A DNA stretch of 64,000 nt, taken from NCBI GenBank assembly GCA_963699755.1, contig CAVOVB010000001.1:1120001-1184000 (forward strand), in the 5' to 3' direction. A program made the position numbers and the translations under genes. Source of the stretch: an uncultured delta proteobacterium (lineage in GTDB: Bacteria; Myxococcota_A; Polyangia; Polyangiales; Houyiibacteriaceae). The notes beneath the pieces were generated by a model that saw nothing but the letters and a program-made list of their open reading frames with translations, did no database searches and was not told the origin of the DNA. The stretch's first letter is position 1. Each line of letters starts with the position of its first letter. Positions 39,348 to 49,243 of this stretch are shown one piece after another.

Positions 39348-40310
39348 GTGAAGACCTCTCTCACCGGCATCAAGCCCACGCACTTGCCGCACCTCGGAAA
39401 TTACCTGGGCGCGATTCGGCCCGCGCTCTCGCTGGTCGACCAGTACCGGACGCTCTACTTCATCGCCGACTACCACGCGCTCACCACGGTTCGCGATGCG
39501 GACGCCCTTCGCGGCTACATTCGCGACGTCGCGGCGACCTGGCTGGCTTGTGGGCTCGACCCTGAACGCACCTTGCTCTTCAGGCAGTCCGACGTTCCTG
39601 AGGTGTTCGAGCTCACCTGGGTGCTGAGCTGTATGCTCGCAACCGGCCAGCTCGAACGCGGCCATGCATTCAAAGACGCCTTGGCTCGCGGGGAGTCGCC
39701 CAACGCGGGCATCTTCAACTATCCGGTGCTCATGGCGGCCGACATCCTGCTCTACGACACCGATGTCGTCCCCATCGGCAAGGACCAGAAGCAGCATCTC
39801 GAGCTCACGCGCGACGTCGCGACGCGGCTCAACCACGCCTATGGCGAAGAGACCTTGGTCGTTCCCGAGGCGCTGATCAGCGACGCCCCCCTCGTCCCGG
39901 GCACCGACGGCGAAAAGATGAGCAAGAGCAAGGGCAACGGTATCCCCCTCTTCGAGTCGCCAAAGAAGCTTCGCAAAGTGATCATGAGCATCAAGACCAG
40001 CTCGGAGTCGCTGGAGGATCCAAAGGTCGCCGAAGGCTCGACGGTCTACGAGCTGTACTCCCTGATCGTTCCTGAGCAGGCTCCCGGCATGAAGCGAAAG
40101 CTCGAGGCGGGCGGCTACGGCTGGGGCCACGCCAAAGACGACCTATTTCAAGCCGTGGAAGCCGAGATCGGGCCCAAGCGGGAAGCGTATCTATCGATTC
40201 GTGCGGACGAGCCTGGGCTCGACGCCATCCTCCACGCTGGTGCCGGCAAGGCGCGTGAGATCGCGCGCGCGACGATGCAGCGGGTGCGTCGCGCGGTCGG
40301 AGTCGACTGA
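39348..40310 (+). CDS. trpS: Tryptophan--tRNA ligase
   Basis: [30 protein letters not shown] and KMSKS. Confidence 0.96.
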   Translation: MKTSLTGIKPTHLPHLGNYLGAIRPALSLVDQYRTLYFIADYHALTTVRDADALRGYIRDVAATWLACGLDPERTLLFRQSDVPEVFELTWVLSCMLATGQLERGHAFKDALARGESPNAGIFNYPVLMAADILLYDTDVVPIGKDQKQHLELTRDVATRLNHAYGEETLVVPEALISDAPLVPGTDGEKMSKSKGNGIPLFESPKKLRKVIMSIKTSSESLEDPKVAEGSTVYELYSLIVPEQAPGMKRKLEAGGYGWGHAKDDLFQAVEAEIGPKREAYLSIRADEPGLDAILHAGAGKAREIARATMQRVRRAVGVD

Positions 40311-40311
40311 G

Positions 40312-40821
40312 TCAGTAGACGCTGCTCCACTGCGCTTCGTCGTCGAAGGATTCGTATTCTTCGGTCTCGGGCTTGGGTTGTGTCTGCTGCGCACCCTCTG
40401 GGATCACCAGCAAGCCAGGATGCCCGCTTTCGATCGATTCGTTGGTCAGCAGGAAGGTCTGCTTGTGCTTCTGCCAGGTCTGCCGAATCACCGTATTCGC
40501 CAGGACCATCGTGGTCTCGTCGTACCAGCGAACCGCCACTCGCGAAAACGCCCCAGCGCCTTCCTCGTCGGTTTCCGGGTTCATGCCGAGGATTTCGGTA
40601 TCCGCAATCTGAATGTCATGGCCCCAGCGCATGTGCGAGAGCTTGTATTGGGTTTGGAAGGGAGGTGAGACATGTCCGCTCGCGACGTCCATGCGGCCCC
40701 AGCGAGCGCCTTCGTTGAGCTCGATGACCGAATCGCGCATGCGCGTTTCAGGGCTCAAGTTCTGAATCAAGCAGCCGCCGACCCCAATCAGGGCGGCTGC
40801 CAACCACAATCGTCTCGCCAT
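40312..40821 (-). CDS. Hypothetical lipoprotein
   Basis: MARRLWLAAALIGVGGC lipobox. Confidence 0.75.
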   Translation of the reverse strand: MARRLWLAAALIGVGGCLIQNLSPETRMRDSVIELNEGARWGRMDVASGHVSPPFQTQYKLSHMRWGHDIQIADTEILGMNPETDEEGAGAFSRVAVRWYDETTMVLANTVIRQTWQKHKQTFLLTNESIESGHPGLLVIPEGAQQTQPKPETEEYESFDDEAQWSSVY

Positions 40822-40857
40822 GGCCCGACGCTAGGCCCGAGGCTCTCTGCTGGGCAA

Positions 40858-43581
40858 CTAATTGGCGAGGCGAGCCTTGGCCGCCCGGTTCTGTGGGTCG
40901 ATCGACAGGGCCTTTCGCCAGGCTTTGCGGGCCGCTTCATGGTCGCCTCCGAGCTCGAGCGCATCGCCATACAGCAGATGGTATGGGGCCCGACGCGGCC
41001 GCTTACCGACCGCTTTCTCCGCCCATTTCATCGCACGCTCCGGGTCGCGTTTCGCCACGAATAATGTGGCATAGCCCGCCATTGCTTGCGGGTTCTTCGG
41101 GTCTAGCTCCCAAGCGCGATCGAGAGTCGCTTCGGCCAGGCGAAGCTCGCCGCCGCGGATCAAGGGCAGCGCGCGATGGACGAGCACGTCCGAGGCCTTC
41201 GATGGATCGCGGGGCAGATTCTGAGTCGGGATCGCGAGGGTTGCCGATTCGCCTGGAGGCCGTCTGTATGCAGGCTCCCGCTTGAGCTCGGGTTTGGGCT
41301 CCGGTTTGGGCTCGGGTTCGGGCTCGACTCCGTCCTTCGGAACCTTTGCTTCGGCCTGCGCTGCTTCCTCGAGCTCGACCTCATCAAACGCCATGGCCAC
41401 TGCTTCGCTCCCGGGCTCTTCGACGGGTTCGACATCGTTGCGCGGGCCGGTGATGAGACCCTTCGGGCCTTCTGGCTCCGGCGCGGTTTCGACCGACTCA
41501 GATCTGCCGGAGTCGCGTCCTACCCAGTACTGCCAGCCGAGCACGCCGACACCCGCGATCAAGACGGTCAGAAGCAGCGCCTGGATCCACGCTGGTAGGC
41601 CGCCAGACGCCGGAGCCGGAGCCACGATCGTGGAGCCTTCCAGTTTTCGAGCGAGCTCTGGCGCGAAGAGAGACTCGGCGCCGGGCACGGGTGCGCTCGG
41701 CGGCTTTCTGCTCGCGGCCGGAGGAAGCTGTGGTGGAGCGGGATGGCGCGGCGCCGGGACCGTCTTCTGCTCGTCGAGCACTTCCTGGGGGAGCATCTCG
41801 AATGCCGGCGCCAAGCCAACCTCGGTCGCTTTGGGCTTTCGCGGCCTCTCGCGTGCATGTTCGACGCGGCGGGGGTCTTCATGGCTCTCTCGCAGCCCGC
41901 GGGCGACAGGCACCGTTTGCGGCCGGGTCTCGATCCGACCCAGCATGCGCCCGAGCCTGTTCGTCGGTGACTCTTCGCCGGGAAACGCCTGAGGCTGCCG
42001 TCCACCAACTGCGGCCTGCAGGTGCGCGAAGCGCCGGGGGGCGATCGTGCGCGAGTCCTCGAGCGAGTAGGGCATTGCCGCCCCGGGTGGCTCGGTCGCG
42101 TGTTCCTCGGCTTCGGGCACGGCCGGGGGAATGGTTGCGGCATTGACCTCGACGCCGATGTCTCCGTCCGCAAAGCCGAGTTGGTGTGAAACCACGCCGA
42201 GCGCTTCGTCGACCGGCATCATGATGTTGGCGACCGAAGGCAGATCTTGTTCGCGCACCGATATGCGGCCGGAGTTCAGACCCCAGATAGCCAGAAGCGC
42301 CGGCATGCCCTGGAGCGTTTGTTTCGTGCCTTCGTGCAGCGTGGCGTAGGCTCCGACAATCGAGTTGTCTGCGATGTCGACCTCGATGTTCCGTTTACCG
42401 CCGCTGATCGAAACCCGACGAACGCCCGGCACCGAACCGAGCGCACGGAGCAGGCGCCCCGGGCCGATCAGCTCGAGCCTCGTGTCGAAGTCGACTTCAT
42501 CCGCCGCCCGGCGCGCCTGCTCGGCGTCCTGGTCGATCATCGGGAGAAGTCGGGCTGCAAGCTGCGGGAGGTCCGGCTCTGCATCCGATGCTGAGGTCGG
42601 CCAGAAGTCTTCCCAGCGGACGACCAGCATCGATGTCCAGCGAAGCTGGGGGTCCTTTCGCATCGCCCGCACGAAGTCGACCCCATTGCCGCCGACGGCG
42701 TTCGAGTCCAAGACGACGACCTGTGGATCGACTTCGCGAATCCTCGGGATGACCCACGTGGAGAAGTCAGCCGCGGCGATCTGGACCCCCCGCGAGCTCA
42801 GCACCGTCGCGAGCTTTTCGGCACGGAGCTGGTCGGAATCGAGGACGACGATCCGCGCCCCCTTCAGCAGAGCCAGGTCAACCTGTTTAGAGGGCGCAGC
42901 CAGGGGCTTAGAGGGCGCAGCCACGGGCAGCGTAGAGAGCCGCCCCCCCGTCGTTTCGTGGAACTCGTACTCGAGCGGTTTTCCCTCGGCCACGGCGTCA
43001 TGCAGGAGGTCTAGAATCTGCTGCGTGCGGTGCGCCGACCCGCGTTCGGTCTCGATGACGACGGGCATGCCGTCGAGCACTCCTTCCGGAGAGCGAATGC
43101 TCAGGATGCCGGTTTTGGTTTCGTCGGAGACGAGATCGAGCAACTCCTGAAGATTGTTCTCGTCCAAGGCACCGGTGACGAAACCTGGGCGCCCTGGAAC
43201 CTCATCGGCGAGCTCCGCCAGCCTGCGCGCGATGCTGTCCGCGCCGGCGCCGCGCGGAACGATCGCGACGGCACCCGATCGGAAGTCCTCCGCGTCGTCC
43301 TTGAGTACCGCGTCATTCGAGACCACGGCGATCGGCAGCACGTCGGTCGCCCGATTCGTCGCCATGCGTTGTATGACACGCTCGCCTCCTCGGATGGCGG
43401 CATCGCCAATGAGCACGACCATGTCCGGTGCATACACGCGAACTGCTTGCTCGAGCTCCGCCGTTGCGGACGCGGCGACGGAAATCCCATGGCGCCGAAG
43501 CGCTTCCCCCAACGCTGTCTGCATCGGCTCGCCCTGGCCCACCATCAAGACCGTGGGCCGGTGCTCCTGATCCGGCATCAT
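40858..43581 (-). CDS. Single-pass membrane protein: two atypical receiver domains, DUF4388-like domains, Pro-rich linker, TM helix and C-terminal TPR
   Basis: Receiver-like segments, GALDENNLQELLDLV...KTGILSI (DUF4388-like), TM segment WIQALLLTVLIAGVGVLGW and C-terminal TPR motifs. Confidence 0.75.
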   Translation of the reverse strand: MMPDQEHRPTVLMVGQGEPMQTALGEALRRHGISVAASATAELEQAVRVYAPDMVVLIGDAAIRGGERVIQRMATNRATDVLPIAVVSNDAVLKDDAEDFRSGAVAIVPRGAGADSIARRLAELADEVPGRPGFVTGALDENNLQELLDLVSDETKTGILSIRSPEGVLDGMPVVIETERGSAHRTQQILDLLHDAVAEGKPLEYEFHETTGGRLSTLPVAAPSKPLAAPSKQVDLALLKGARIVVLDSDQLRAEKLATVLSSRGVQIAAADFSTWVIPRIREVDPQVVVLDSNAVGGNGVDFVRAMRKDPQLRWTSMLVVRWEDFWPTSASDAEPDLPQLAARLLPMIDQDAEQARRAADEVDFDTRLELIGPGRLLRALGSVPGVRRVSISGGKRNIEVDIADNSIVGAYATLHEGTKQTLQGMPALLAIWGLNSGRISVREQDLPSVANIMMPVDEALGVVSHQLGFADGDIGVEVNAATIPPAVPEAEEHATEPPGAAMPYSLEDSRTIAPRRFAHLQAAVGGRQPQAFPGEESPTNRLGRMLGRIETRPQTVPVARGLRESHEDPRRVEHARERPRKPKATEVGLAPAFEMLPQEVLDEQKTVPAPRHPAPPQLPPAASRKPPSAPVPGAESLFAPELARKLEGSTIVAPAPASGGLPAWIQALLLTVLIAGVGVLGWQYWVGRDSGRSESVETAPEPEGPKGLITGPRNDVEPVEEPGSEAVAMAFDEVELEEAAQAEAKVPKDGVEPEPEPKPEPKPELKREPAYRRPPGESATLAIPTQNLPRDPSKASDVLVHRALPLIRGGELRLAEATLDRAWELDPKNPQAMAGYATLFVAKRDPERAMKWAEKAVGKRPRRAPYHLLYGDALELGGDHEAARKAWRKALSIDPQNRAAKARLAN
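42887..42923. repeat. Short in-frame tandem duplication (16-bp direct repeat, 21-bp period)
   Basis: TTAGAGGGCGCAGCCA at 42887 and 42908, encoding AAPSKPLAAPSK in a linker. Confidence 0.6.
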
Positions 43582-43653
43582 TTGGATGGTGGCTGATTAT
43601 CGAGCATTTCGCCAGCTTGAGGTGATCGGATCCTTCGCTATGATCGGAGCCAC

Positions 43654-44289
43654 ATGAGCAGTACAGCAATCGAGTTCCTTCGGGAGAGCTTTCCAAAGCT
43701 CTTTGACAGAGGGGTGAAGGTCCTTCAGAGCCGCGCCGCCGAAGGAGACGAGCGTGCCCAGCGTGTTCTCGATGACGTGAGAGGCGTCAGCGGTGCGGCG
43801 AGTCTTCAGATCGACGACCAACCGCCGGTCGTGCTCTCCGCCAAGGAGGGTGTGATGAGCTCGGGAAGCACCCCGGCAGAAGGGGTTCCCATCAAGATCG
43901 CGGCGGCGCTTCCAGGTGACGCGGCGCGCCTGTTGCTCGGGGAGGCCTCGAAATCCGGTGCCCTCGACGATGATGAGGTCGCCATTGGCGCCGCCCAGAC
44001 CGCTTCCAAACGGTTCGAGGACGCGCTGGCAGGGCGGCCCCTCACCTGTCATGTCACCCTCAGGGGCGTTCCAGAGCTCGGTGACATCCAGGTTCGGCTT
44101 GGATTCAACGTGTCCGAGCCCCCCGTGGAGCCCGGCTTCACGACCGAGCTTCAGTTTTCGGATCTAGAGCTCGTCCAACGTGGAGAGCTCACGGCTCAGG
44201 ACCTATTTTTGGGTGGGAAGCTCAAGATGGAGGGGGATTACTCACTCGCGCTCCAGCTTGCGATGCAGTTGCTCACCAACCCCCTCTGA
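43654..44289 (+). CDS. SCP2 sterol/lipid-binding domain protein
   Basis: C-terminal GELTAQDLFLGGKLKMEGDYSLALQL SCP2 signature. Confidence 0.78.
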   Translation: MSSTAIEFLRESFPKLFDRGVKVLQSRAAEGDERAQRVLDDVRGVSGAASLQIDDQPPVVLSAKEGVMSSGSTPAEGVPIKIAAALPGDAARLLLGEASKSGALDDDEVAIGAAQTASKRFEDALAGRPLTCHVTLRGVPELGDIQVRLGFNVSEPPVEPGFTTELQFSDLELVQRGELTAQDLFLGGKLKMEGDYSLALQLAMQLLTNPL

Positions 44290-44393
44290 ACGGACGATCC
44301 CTAGTCGTGCGGCCAACTGGTCGGCCGCCCAGGCGGGGTAACTTGCCGCTCGCTCCCCGGGTTCGATACCCTGAACTTTGGTAACGGGGGGTT

Positions 44394-45923
44394 ATGTTTC
44401 GGGCAATCGCCAAGAGTCGCTATCTAGTGCCGGGCTTCATGTGCTTCGCGCTCGCCTTCATCGTGGGGCCGGTCGGGGTTGCCACGGGTGCACTGGCGGG
44501 CGCCCAGGCAGCATCCATCGCAGGCGTCATCGCTGCGGCTCTCGGATTCTGTGGGCTCTTGGTCATCGCATCGGGCCTGCCTCCTTCGATCGAAGTCGAA
44601 GCGGTCGACTTGCAGCTGCGGTCGATCTATCGGGAAATCGAAGAAGTCGAGGGCGTGATCGGCGACAACGTCAGGGAGCTATCGAGCGGTCTCGGAGAGC
44701 AGATGGTTGCCGTCGAGGAGACCGCCCGTTCGATCAAATCGATGGCGATCTCCTTACAGGCGATCAGCGATCGGGTTGAAGCCTTGTCGTCGAGCACCGA
44801 AGATAGCGCCTCGAGCATCCTACAAATGACGGCGACGAATCACGAGGTCGCAGAGAACATGAGCACCCTCGGGTCGAGCGTCCGTGAAACGGCATCGTCC
44901 ATCGAAGAGATGACGTACAGCATCAAGGAAGTCGCACGGAACGTCGATGCGCTCGCGCAGACGGCCGAAGAGACATCTTCCTCGATGAATGAAATGGACG
45001 TGTCGATCGATCAGGTTCAGTCGAACGCCAACGAGACGGCGCGCCTTTCGGCCGAGGTCGCAAGCGACGCGGAGACCGGAGCGGAATCGATTCTCAAAAT
45101 CACCGACGAGATCAGTCGAATCAAGTCGTCTTCGCTCGAGGCGGTGACTGCAATTTCCAATCTGGGCGGCCGGATCGAGGCGATCGGCGACATTCTCAAC
45201 GTCATCGACGATGTGGCCGAGCAAACGAATTTGCTCGCGTTGAACGCTGCGATCATCGCTGCACAAGCTGGCGAGCACGGCAAGGGATTTGCCGTCGTTG
45301 CGGACGAGATCAAAGAGCTGGCGGAGCGCGCAGGCGCGTCCACCAAGGAGATCTCCGAGCTGATCAAGACGATTCAGGAAGAGACGAAAAACGCGATCGA
45401 AGCGGTCGAACGCGGTGCGAGCACGGTCGATCGCGGCGTGACGGTGAGCGCTGAAGCGGAGCGTGCGCTCAAGAAGATCCTCGAGTCCTCGAAGCAATCG
45501 ACTACGATGGTGCGTGGAATTGCCCGAGCAACCGTCGAGCAGGCCAGGGGATCGAAGCAGGTGACCGATGCGATTGGACGTATCGCCGAGACGGTCCAGC
45601 AAATCGCTGCTGCAACGGCGGAACAGGCGCGCGGCTCGGAGCTGATCATGAAGAGCGCCGACAATATGCGTTTGATCACTCAGCAGATGGAACGAAGCAG
45701 CCAAGAGCAGGCCGAAGGCGGCCGTCAGATGAGCGGCTCCATCGAGAACATCTCGGACATGGTCATTCAGCTCCACCAGTCTCATCGAAAACACTCGGAA
45801 AGCTCCGAGCAGACCTTGGCGGCGGCCAACCGCATCCAGGAGCTGACGCGCGACTACGAGAATCGTGTCCGTTCGATGCATCGGGCGGTCGAGCGCCTCC
45901 GCCAGATACGATTCGGGTCGTGA
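44394..45923 (+). CDS. Methyl-accepting chemotaxis protein
   Basis: [36 protein letters not shown] signalling tip. Two N-terminal hydrophobic segments. Confidence 0.93.
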   Translation: MFRAIAKSRYLVPGFMCFALAFIVGPVGVATGALAGAQAASIAGVIAAALGFCGLLVIASGLPPSIEVEAVDLQLRSIYREIEEVEGVIGDNVRELSSGLGEQMVAVEETARSIKSMAISLQAISDRVEALSSSTEDSASSILQMTATNHEVAENMSTLGSSVRETASSIEEMTYSIKEVARNVDALAQTAEETSSSMNEMDVSIDQVQSNANETARLSAEVASDAETGAESILKITDEISRIKSSSLEAVTAISNLGGRIEAIGDILNVIDDVAEQTNLLALNAAIIAAQAGEHGKGFAVVADEIKELAERAGASTKEISELIKTIQEETKNAIEAVERGASTVDRGVTVSAEAERALKKILESSKQSTTMVRGIARATVEQARGSKQVTDAIGRIAETVQQIAAATAEQARGSELIMKSADNMRLITQQMERSSQEQAEGGRQMSGSIENISDMVIQLHQSHRKHSESSEQTLAAANRIQELTRDYENRVRSMHRAVERLRQIRFGS

Positions 45924-46052
45924 CGTCTGCCAGTTCAGAACGGTGGTTTCGGGGACCGACCACTGGTCACGTTCGCTCGACCCCGCTGGGCCCTCGTCGG
46001 CACCGCCTGCCTCTGGTTGCCTCTCTCAGGCGAGGATTCATCTTAGGGACGC

Positions 46053-46475
46053 ATGTTTGGCATCGGCCCCACTGAGCTCGCCTTGTTTCTGGTGATCGTC
46101 CTGTTGGCAGTAGGGCCTGACAAGTTGCCCGCGTTCATGCGCACTGTCGGCAAGGGGCTCCGGCAGGTGCGTAACGCCAGCCGCGAATTCAAAGAGGCGA
46201 TTGGGCTCGATGAGCTCATGCGCGAAGGCGATCCCTTCCGGGCTCCGCCGCTTCGACCGCCCATCGCGCGGCCCGTTCCGGTTCCGAAAGAGATCGCGGA
46301 GTCGGCACCGCCCGATTCTGCCGAAGCGCCCAGCGCTCCGAGCCCCGCGAGCCCTCCAAGTCTTCCGATTCCGCCTGGAGCGACCTCGGCTCCGCCGGCT
46401 TCGCCTTCTGATCCAGCCGATGCGCCTGAGCCTGTCGCCGGCGAGAACGACCCGGCCGAGGCGAAGCGTCCATGA
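46053..46475 (+). CDS. tatB: Twin-arginine translocase subunit TatB
   Basis: MFGIGPTEL...GPDKLP with a Pro-rich tail. Overlaps tatC. Confidence 0.88.
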   Translation: MFGIGPTELALFLVIVLLAVGPDKLPAFMRTVGKGLRQVRNASREFKEAIGLDELMREGDPFRAPPLRPPIARPVPVPKEIAESAPPDSAEAPSAPSPASPPSLPIPPGATSAPPASPSDPADAPEPVAGENDPAEAKRP

Positions 46476-47272
46476 CCTCGACGGAGATCCAGATCCCGGA
46501 GCCAGAGTCCCCGACTGGCGCCGACGGGGATGCGGAGATGACCTTCTTCGAGCATCTCGGCGAGCTCCGCTCCCGCTTGCTGAGGGCCATCCTCGGTTTG
46601 GTACCTGCCGTCGCGGTGGGCTGGGTCTTCAAGAAGGAGATCAAAGACTTCCTCGTCGCGCCCCTTCAGCCTGCCTGGGAGAAGCTCAACCTACCCGGCG
46701 AGGCCGTGCTGCGATTCTCCGGTCCGGCAGACGCCTTCATGATGTACATGCAGAACTCGCTCATCGCGGGCGTGCTACTCGCCTCGCCGTGGATCTTCTG
46801 GCAGCTTTGGATGTTCATCGCGCCGGGGCTCTACAAGAAGGAAAAGGCGATGGCGGTGCCGTTCATCGTCTTTTCGACGCTCTGCTTCACGGGCGGTGCG
46901 ATCTTTGGTTACAAGCTCGTGTTCCCCCAGGCGTTCACCGTCTTGCTCGGCTTCAGCGACGAAACCCTGGTCGCGACACTCTTCGTCAAAGACTACATGC
47001 CTTTCTTCCGCCGGATGCTCCTTGCCTTCGGCGTCGTTTTCGAGGTGCCAGTCATCGTCGCGTTTCTCGCTGGCGCGGGCATCGTGACCTGGCAGGAGCT
47101 CCTCAAGTTCTCACGCTGGTGGATCGTGTGCGCTTCGGTCATTTCGATGCTGCTCACGCCGCAGGACGTCTACTCGATGGTGATGATGCTGGTCCCCCTG
47201 ATTGCCCTCTACTTCGTCGGCGTCTTCATTGCATACCTGCTCAGCATATTCAGCAAGGACAAGAGCCCCTAG
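46472..47272 (+). CDS. tatC: Twin-arginine translocase subunit TatC
   Basis: EHLGELRSRL, QLWMFIAPGLY, FEVP and LTPQD. Confidence 0.95.
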   Translation: MTSTEIQIPEPESPTGADGDAEMTFFEHLGELRSRLLRAILGLVPAVAVGWVFKKEIKDFLVAPLQPAWEKLNLPGEAVLRFSGPADAFMMYMQNSLIAGVLLASPWIFWQLWMFIAPGLYKKEKAMAVPFIVFSTLCFTGGAIFGYKLVFPQAFTVLLGFSDETLVATLFVKDYMPFFRRMLLAFGVVFEVPVIVAFLAGAGIVTWQELLKFSRWWIVCASVISMLLTPQDVYSMVMMLVPLIALYFVGVFIAYLLSIFSKDKSP

Positions 47273-48099
47273 CCCCGCTCGGGCACCGGATAAGGGGGGT
47301 ACTTGGGCACGTCGTCCGGTAGAAACCACTGCTCGCCCCAGATGCTCGCGCCGCCGTCGATGTAGAAGGTCTGACCAGCGACGAAATCGGCGTAGCGCGA
47401 CGCGAGGTAGGTGATGAGGTGCGACACCTCCTCCGCCGTGCCGAGCCGCTTCAAGGGGTTCGCTCTTTCGGCGTTCTGGAGGAGCTCTGGCGGGTACTGC
47501 TTCGTGCCGCTGGTGACGATCACGCCGGGCGCAACCGCGTTCACCCGAATGCCATGAAGCGCCCATTCGACCGCAAGCGTCTTGGTCATGTTGTCCACGC
47601 CCGCCCGGGCCGCTCCGGTGTGCACCATGCCTGGAAAGCCGCGGATGATCTGAGCGATGACGTTGACGATTCGGCCCCGCTTCTGCGGAATCATCGCCTT
47701 GTTGGCCACCGCGTGCGTCATGGTCCAGGTCCCGATCAGATTGTTGCGCACGACCGCTTCGAAGCCTTTGGGAGAGAGCGCCTCCGCAGTCGTCGGGAAC
47801 TGACCGCCTGCGTTGTTGATCAGCACGTCGATTCGACCGAAGCGGTCGATCACCGAATCCACATAGGCGGCAATCGCCTCGGGCTCTCGAATGTCACAGG
47901 GAGCGCCAAACGCTTCGATGCCCTTGGACGCGAGCTCGGCCAGGGCTCTTTGCAAAGGCTCCGGACGCCTCCCGCAGATCGCCAGCTTGGCTCCTAGGAG
48001 ACCCATCTCGGTGGCAGCAGCCAGACCGATCCCGGTGCCACCACCAGTGATGAGAACGACTTCGTCGGTAAACAATCCATCCACGTACAGCTGATCCAT
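47269..48099 (-). CDS. SDR oxidoreductase, trans-2-enoyl-/2,4-dienoyl-CoA reductase-like
   Basis: TGGGTGIG, NNAGGQF, HTGAARAG and IRVNAVAPG. Confidence 0.88.
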   Translation of the reverse strand: MDQLYVDGLFTDEVVLITGGGTGIGLAAATEMGLLGAKLAICGRRPEPLQRALAELASKGIEAFGAPCDIREPEAIAAYVDSVIDRFGRIDVLINNAGGQFPTTAEALSPKGFEAVVRNNLIGTWTMTHAVANKAMIPQKRGRIVNVIAQIIRGFPGMVHTGAARAGVDNMTKTLAVEWALHGIRVNAVAPGVIVTSGTKQYPPELLQNAERANPLKRLGTAEEVSHLITYLASRYADFVAGQTFYIDGGASIWGEQWFLPDDVPKYPPYPVPERG

Positions 48100-48143
48100 G
48101 TCGCGCCTCATACCATGCAGGGCGTGATCCGACGATCAAAGGC

Positions 48144-48533
48144 TCAGCTTGCCGCGAAGGTCGTGCGATCCCGAGTCAGCGAGGTGATGAGCTCGCGCAA
48201 GTCTTCTGCGAAAAAGGGCTTGGAAAGAGTTGCCTCGACGGCGAGACGACGAGCGATGTCGTTTCGCGCGGTGCTAGCGCTCAGAAGAATGACCGGCACT
48301 CGGCTCTGTCTCCATCGGCGGCGAAACTCGCGCAGGAACATCTCGCCGTCTTCGATGGGGAGCATCAGGTCGACGATCATCAAGTCCGGCAGTTGCACCG
48401 CGCATTGTGCGAGGGCCGAGCGCACGTCCGCGACCATGATGACCACGTGCCCCTCTTGCTCGAGCAGAACTTGGAGCATGCGCCGTACGGAAGGGTCGTC
48501 GTCGAGAACGAGGATCGTCTTCTTCGCGGCCAC
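48144..48533 (-). CDS. Single-domain response regulator
   Basis: LVLDDD, DLMIVDLMLP, ILLSA and SKPF. Confidence 0.9.
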   Translation of the reverse strand: MAAKKTILVLDDDPSVRRMLQVLLEQEGHVVIMVADVRSALAQCAVQLPDLMIVDLMLPIEDGEMFLREFRRRWRQSRVPVILLSASTARNDIARRLAVEATLSKPFFAEDLRELITSLTRDRTTFAAS

Positions 48534-48721
48534 CGTTGCATCCTAACAGGAGCATCGGACATCGCGAATATGCGCTCACCGCCTACATTGGAGCCGCTGG
48601 GCTCACCTCCATGAGTTGGACTACTCCTCTCGGCGCTGTCGCGTTCGTCGTTGCATTGGCGTGCGTTCCGAGCTGAGCAACCCTGTACTGACCGTGTCGG
48701 CCCGGCTTCGCGGGCATGAAG

Positions 48722-49147
48722 TCAGTAGGGTGCCTTGTTCCCGTCCTTAGGTGAGACCTCGACTTCGACGAACTGCGTTCGAAGCTCTACGACCAGCGAG
48801 AGCGAGCCTTCGGCGAGGAACACTTGGCGCCAAATCCGGCCCCGCGCGTCGTTCACTTCGAGGGCATGTCTGGTGCCCGGCGTAACTCCGAACAAGGTAT
48901 TGTCGATCTTCCTGCCGTCGAGGAGAACCTCCGCACCTGCTGGGACACCGAGCAACTCCACGGTTGCCATTGAGCGTCCCGCCCCTGGCGCACCGCTTGG
49001 CCCAACGCCGGGCTCTCTCTCGAGCAGAGCCCAAGCGATCGCCACCAGGACGGCCAGGACGGCGAACGCCATCATCCAGCGGCTGTCCAGCACGCGCCCG
49101 ACGTTCTGCAGAGGAGTGCTGTTTTCGTCTTTCTCGGAGTCCGGCAT
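48722..49147 (-). CDS. Small single-TM protein with PEGA-like domain
   Basis: TM segment MAFAVLAVLVAIAWALL, then VPAGAEVLLDGR. Confidence 0.65.
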   Translation of the reverse strand: MPDSEKDENSTPLQNVGRVLDSRWMMAFAVLAVLVAIAWALLEREPGVGPSGAPGAGRSMATVELLGVPAGAEVLLDGRKIDNTLFGVTPGTRHALEVNDARGRIWRQVFLAEGSLSLVVELRTQFVEVEVSPKDGNKAPY

Positions 49148-49243
49148 CGCTGTCTTGCCTGCCACGGCTTTCTGCCGTGCGCGATTGGGTTCCCATTGTA
49201 GGATGCCCGCACCGTCTCCGTCACGTTCTCGGATGGATTCAGC

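Noticed and set aside
41281..41330. GGCTCGGGTTT-like repeats as a CRISPR array or VNTR
   Set aside because: They are degenerate codon repeats for a PEPK linker, with no spacers and no cas genes.
44300..44376. GGGTTCGATACCC resembling a tRNA T-arm, with nearby GC hairpins
   Set aside because: No acceptor stem, D-arm or anticodon arm can be built around it.
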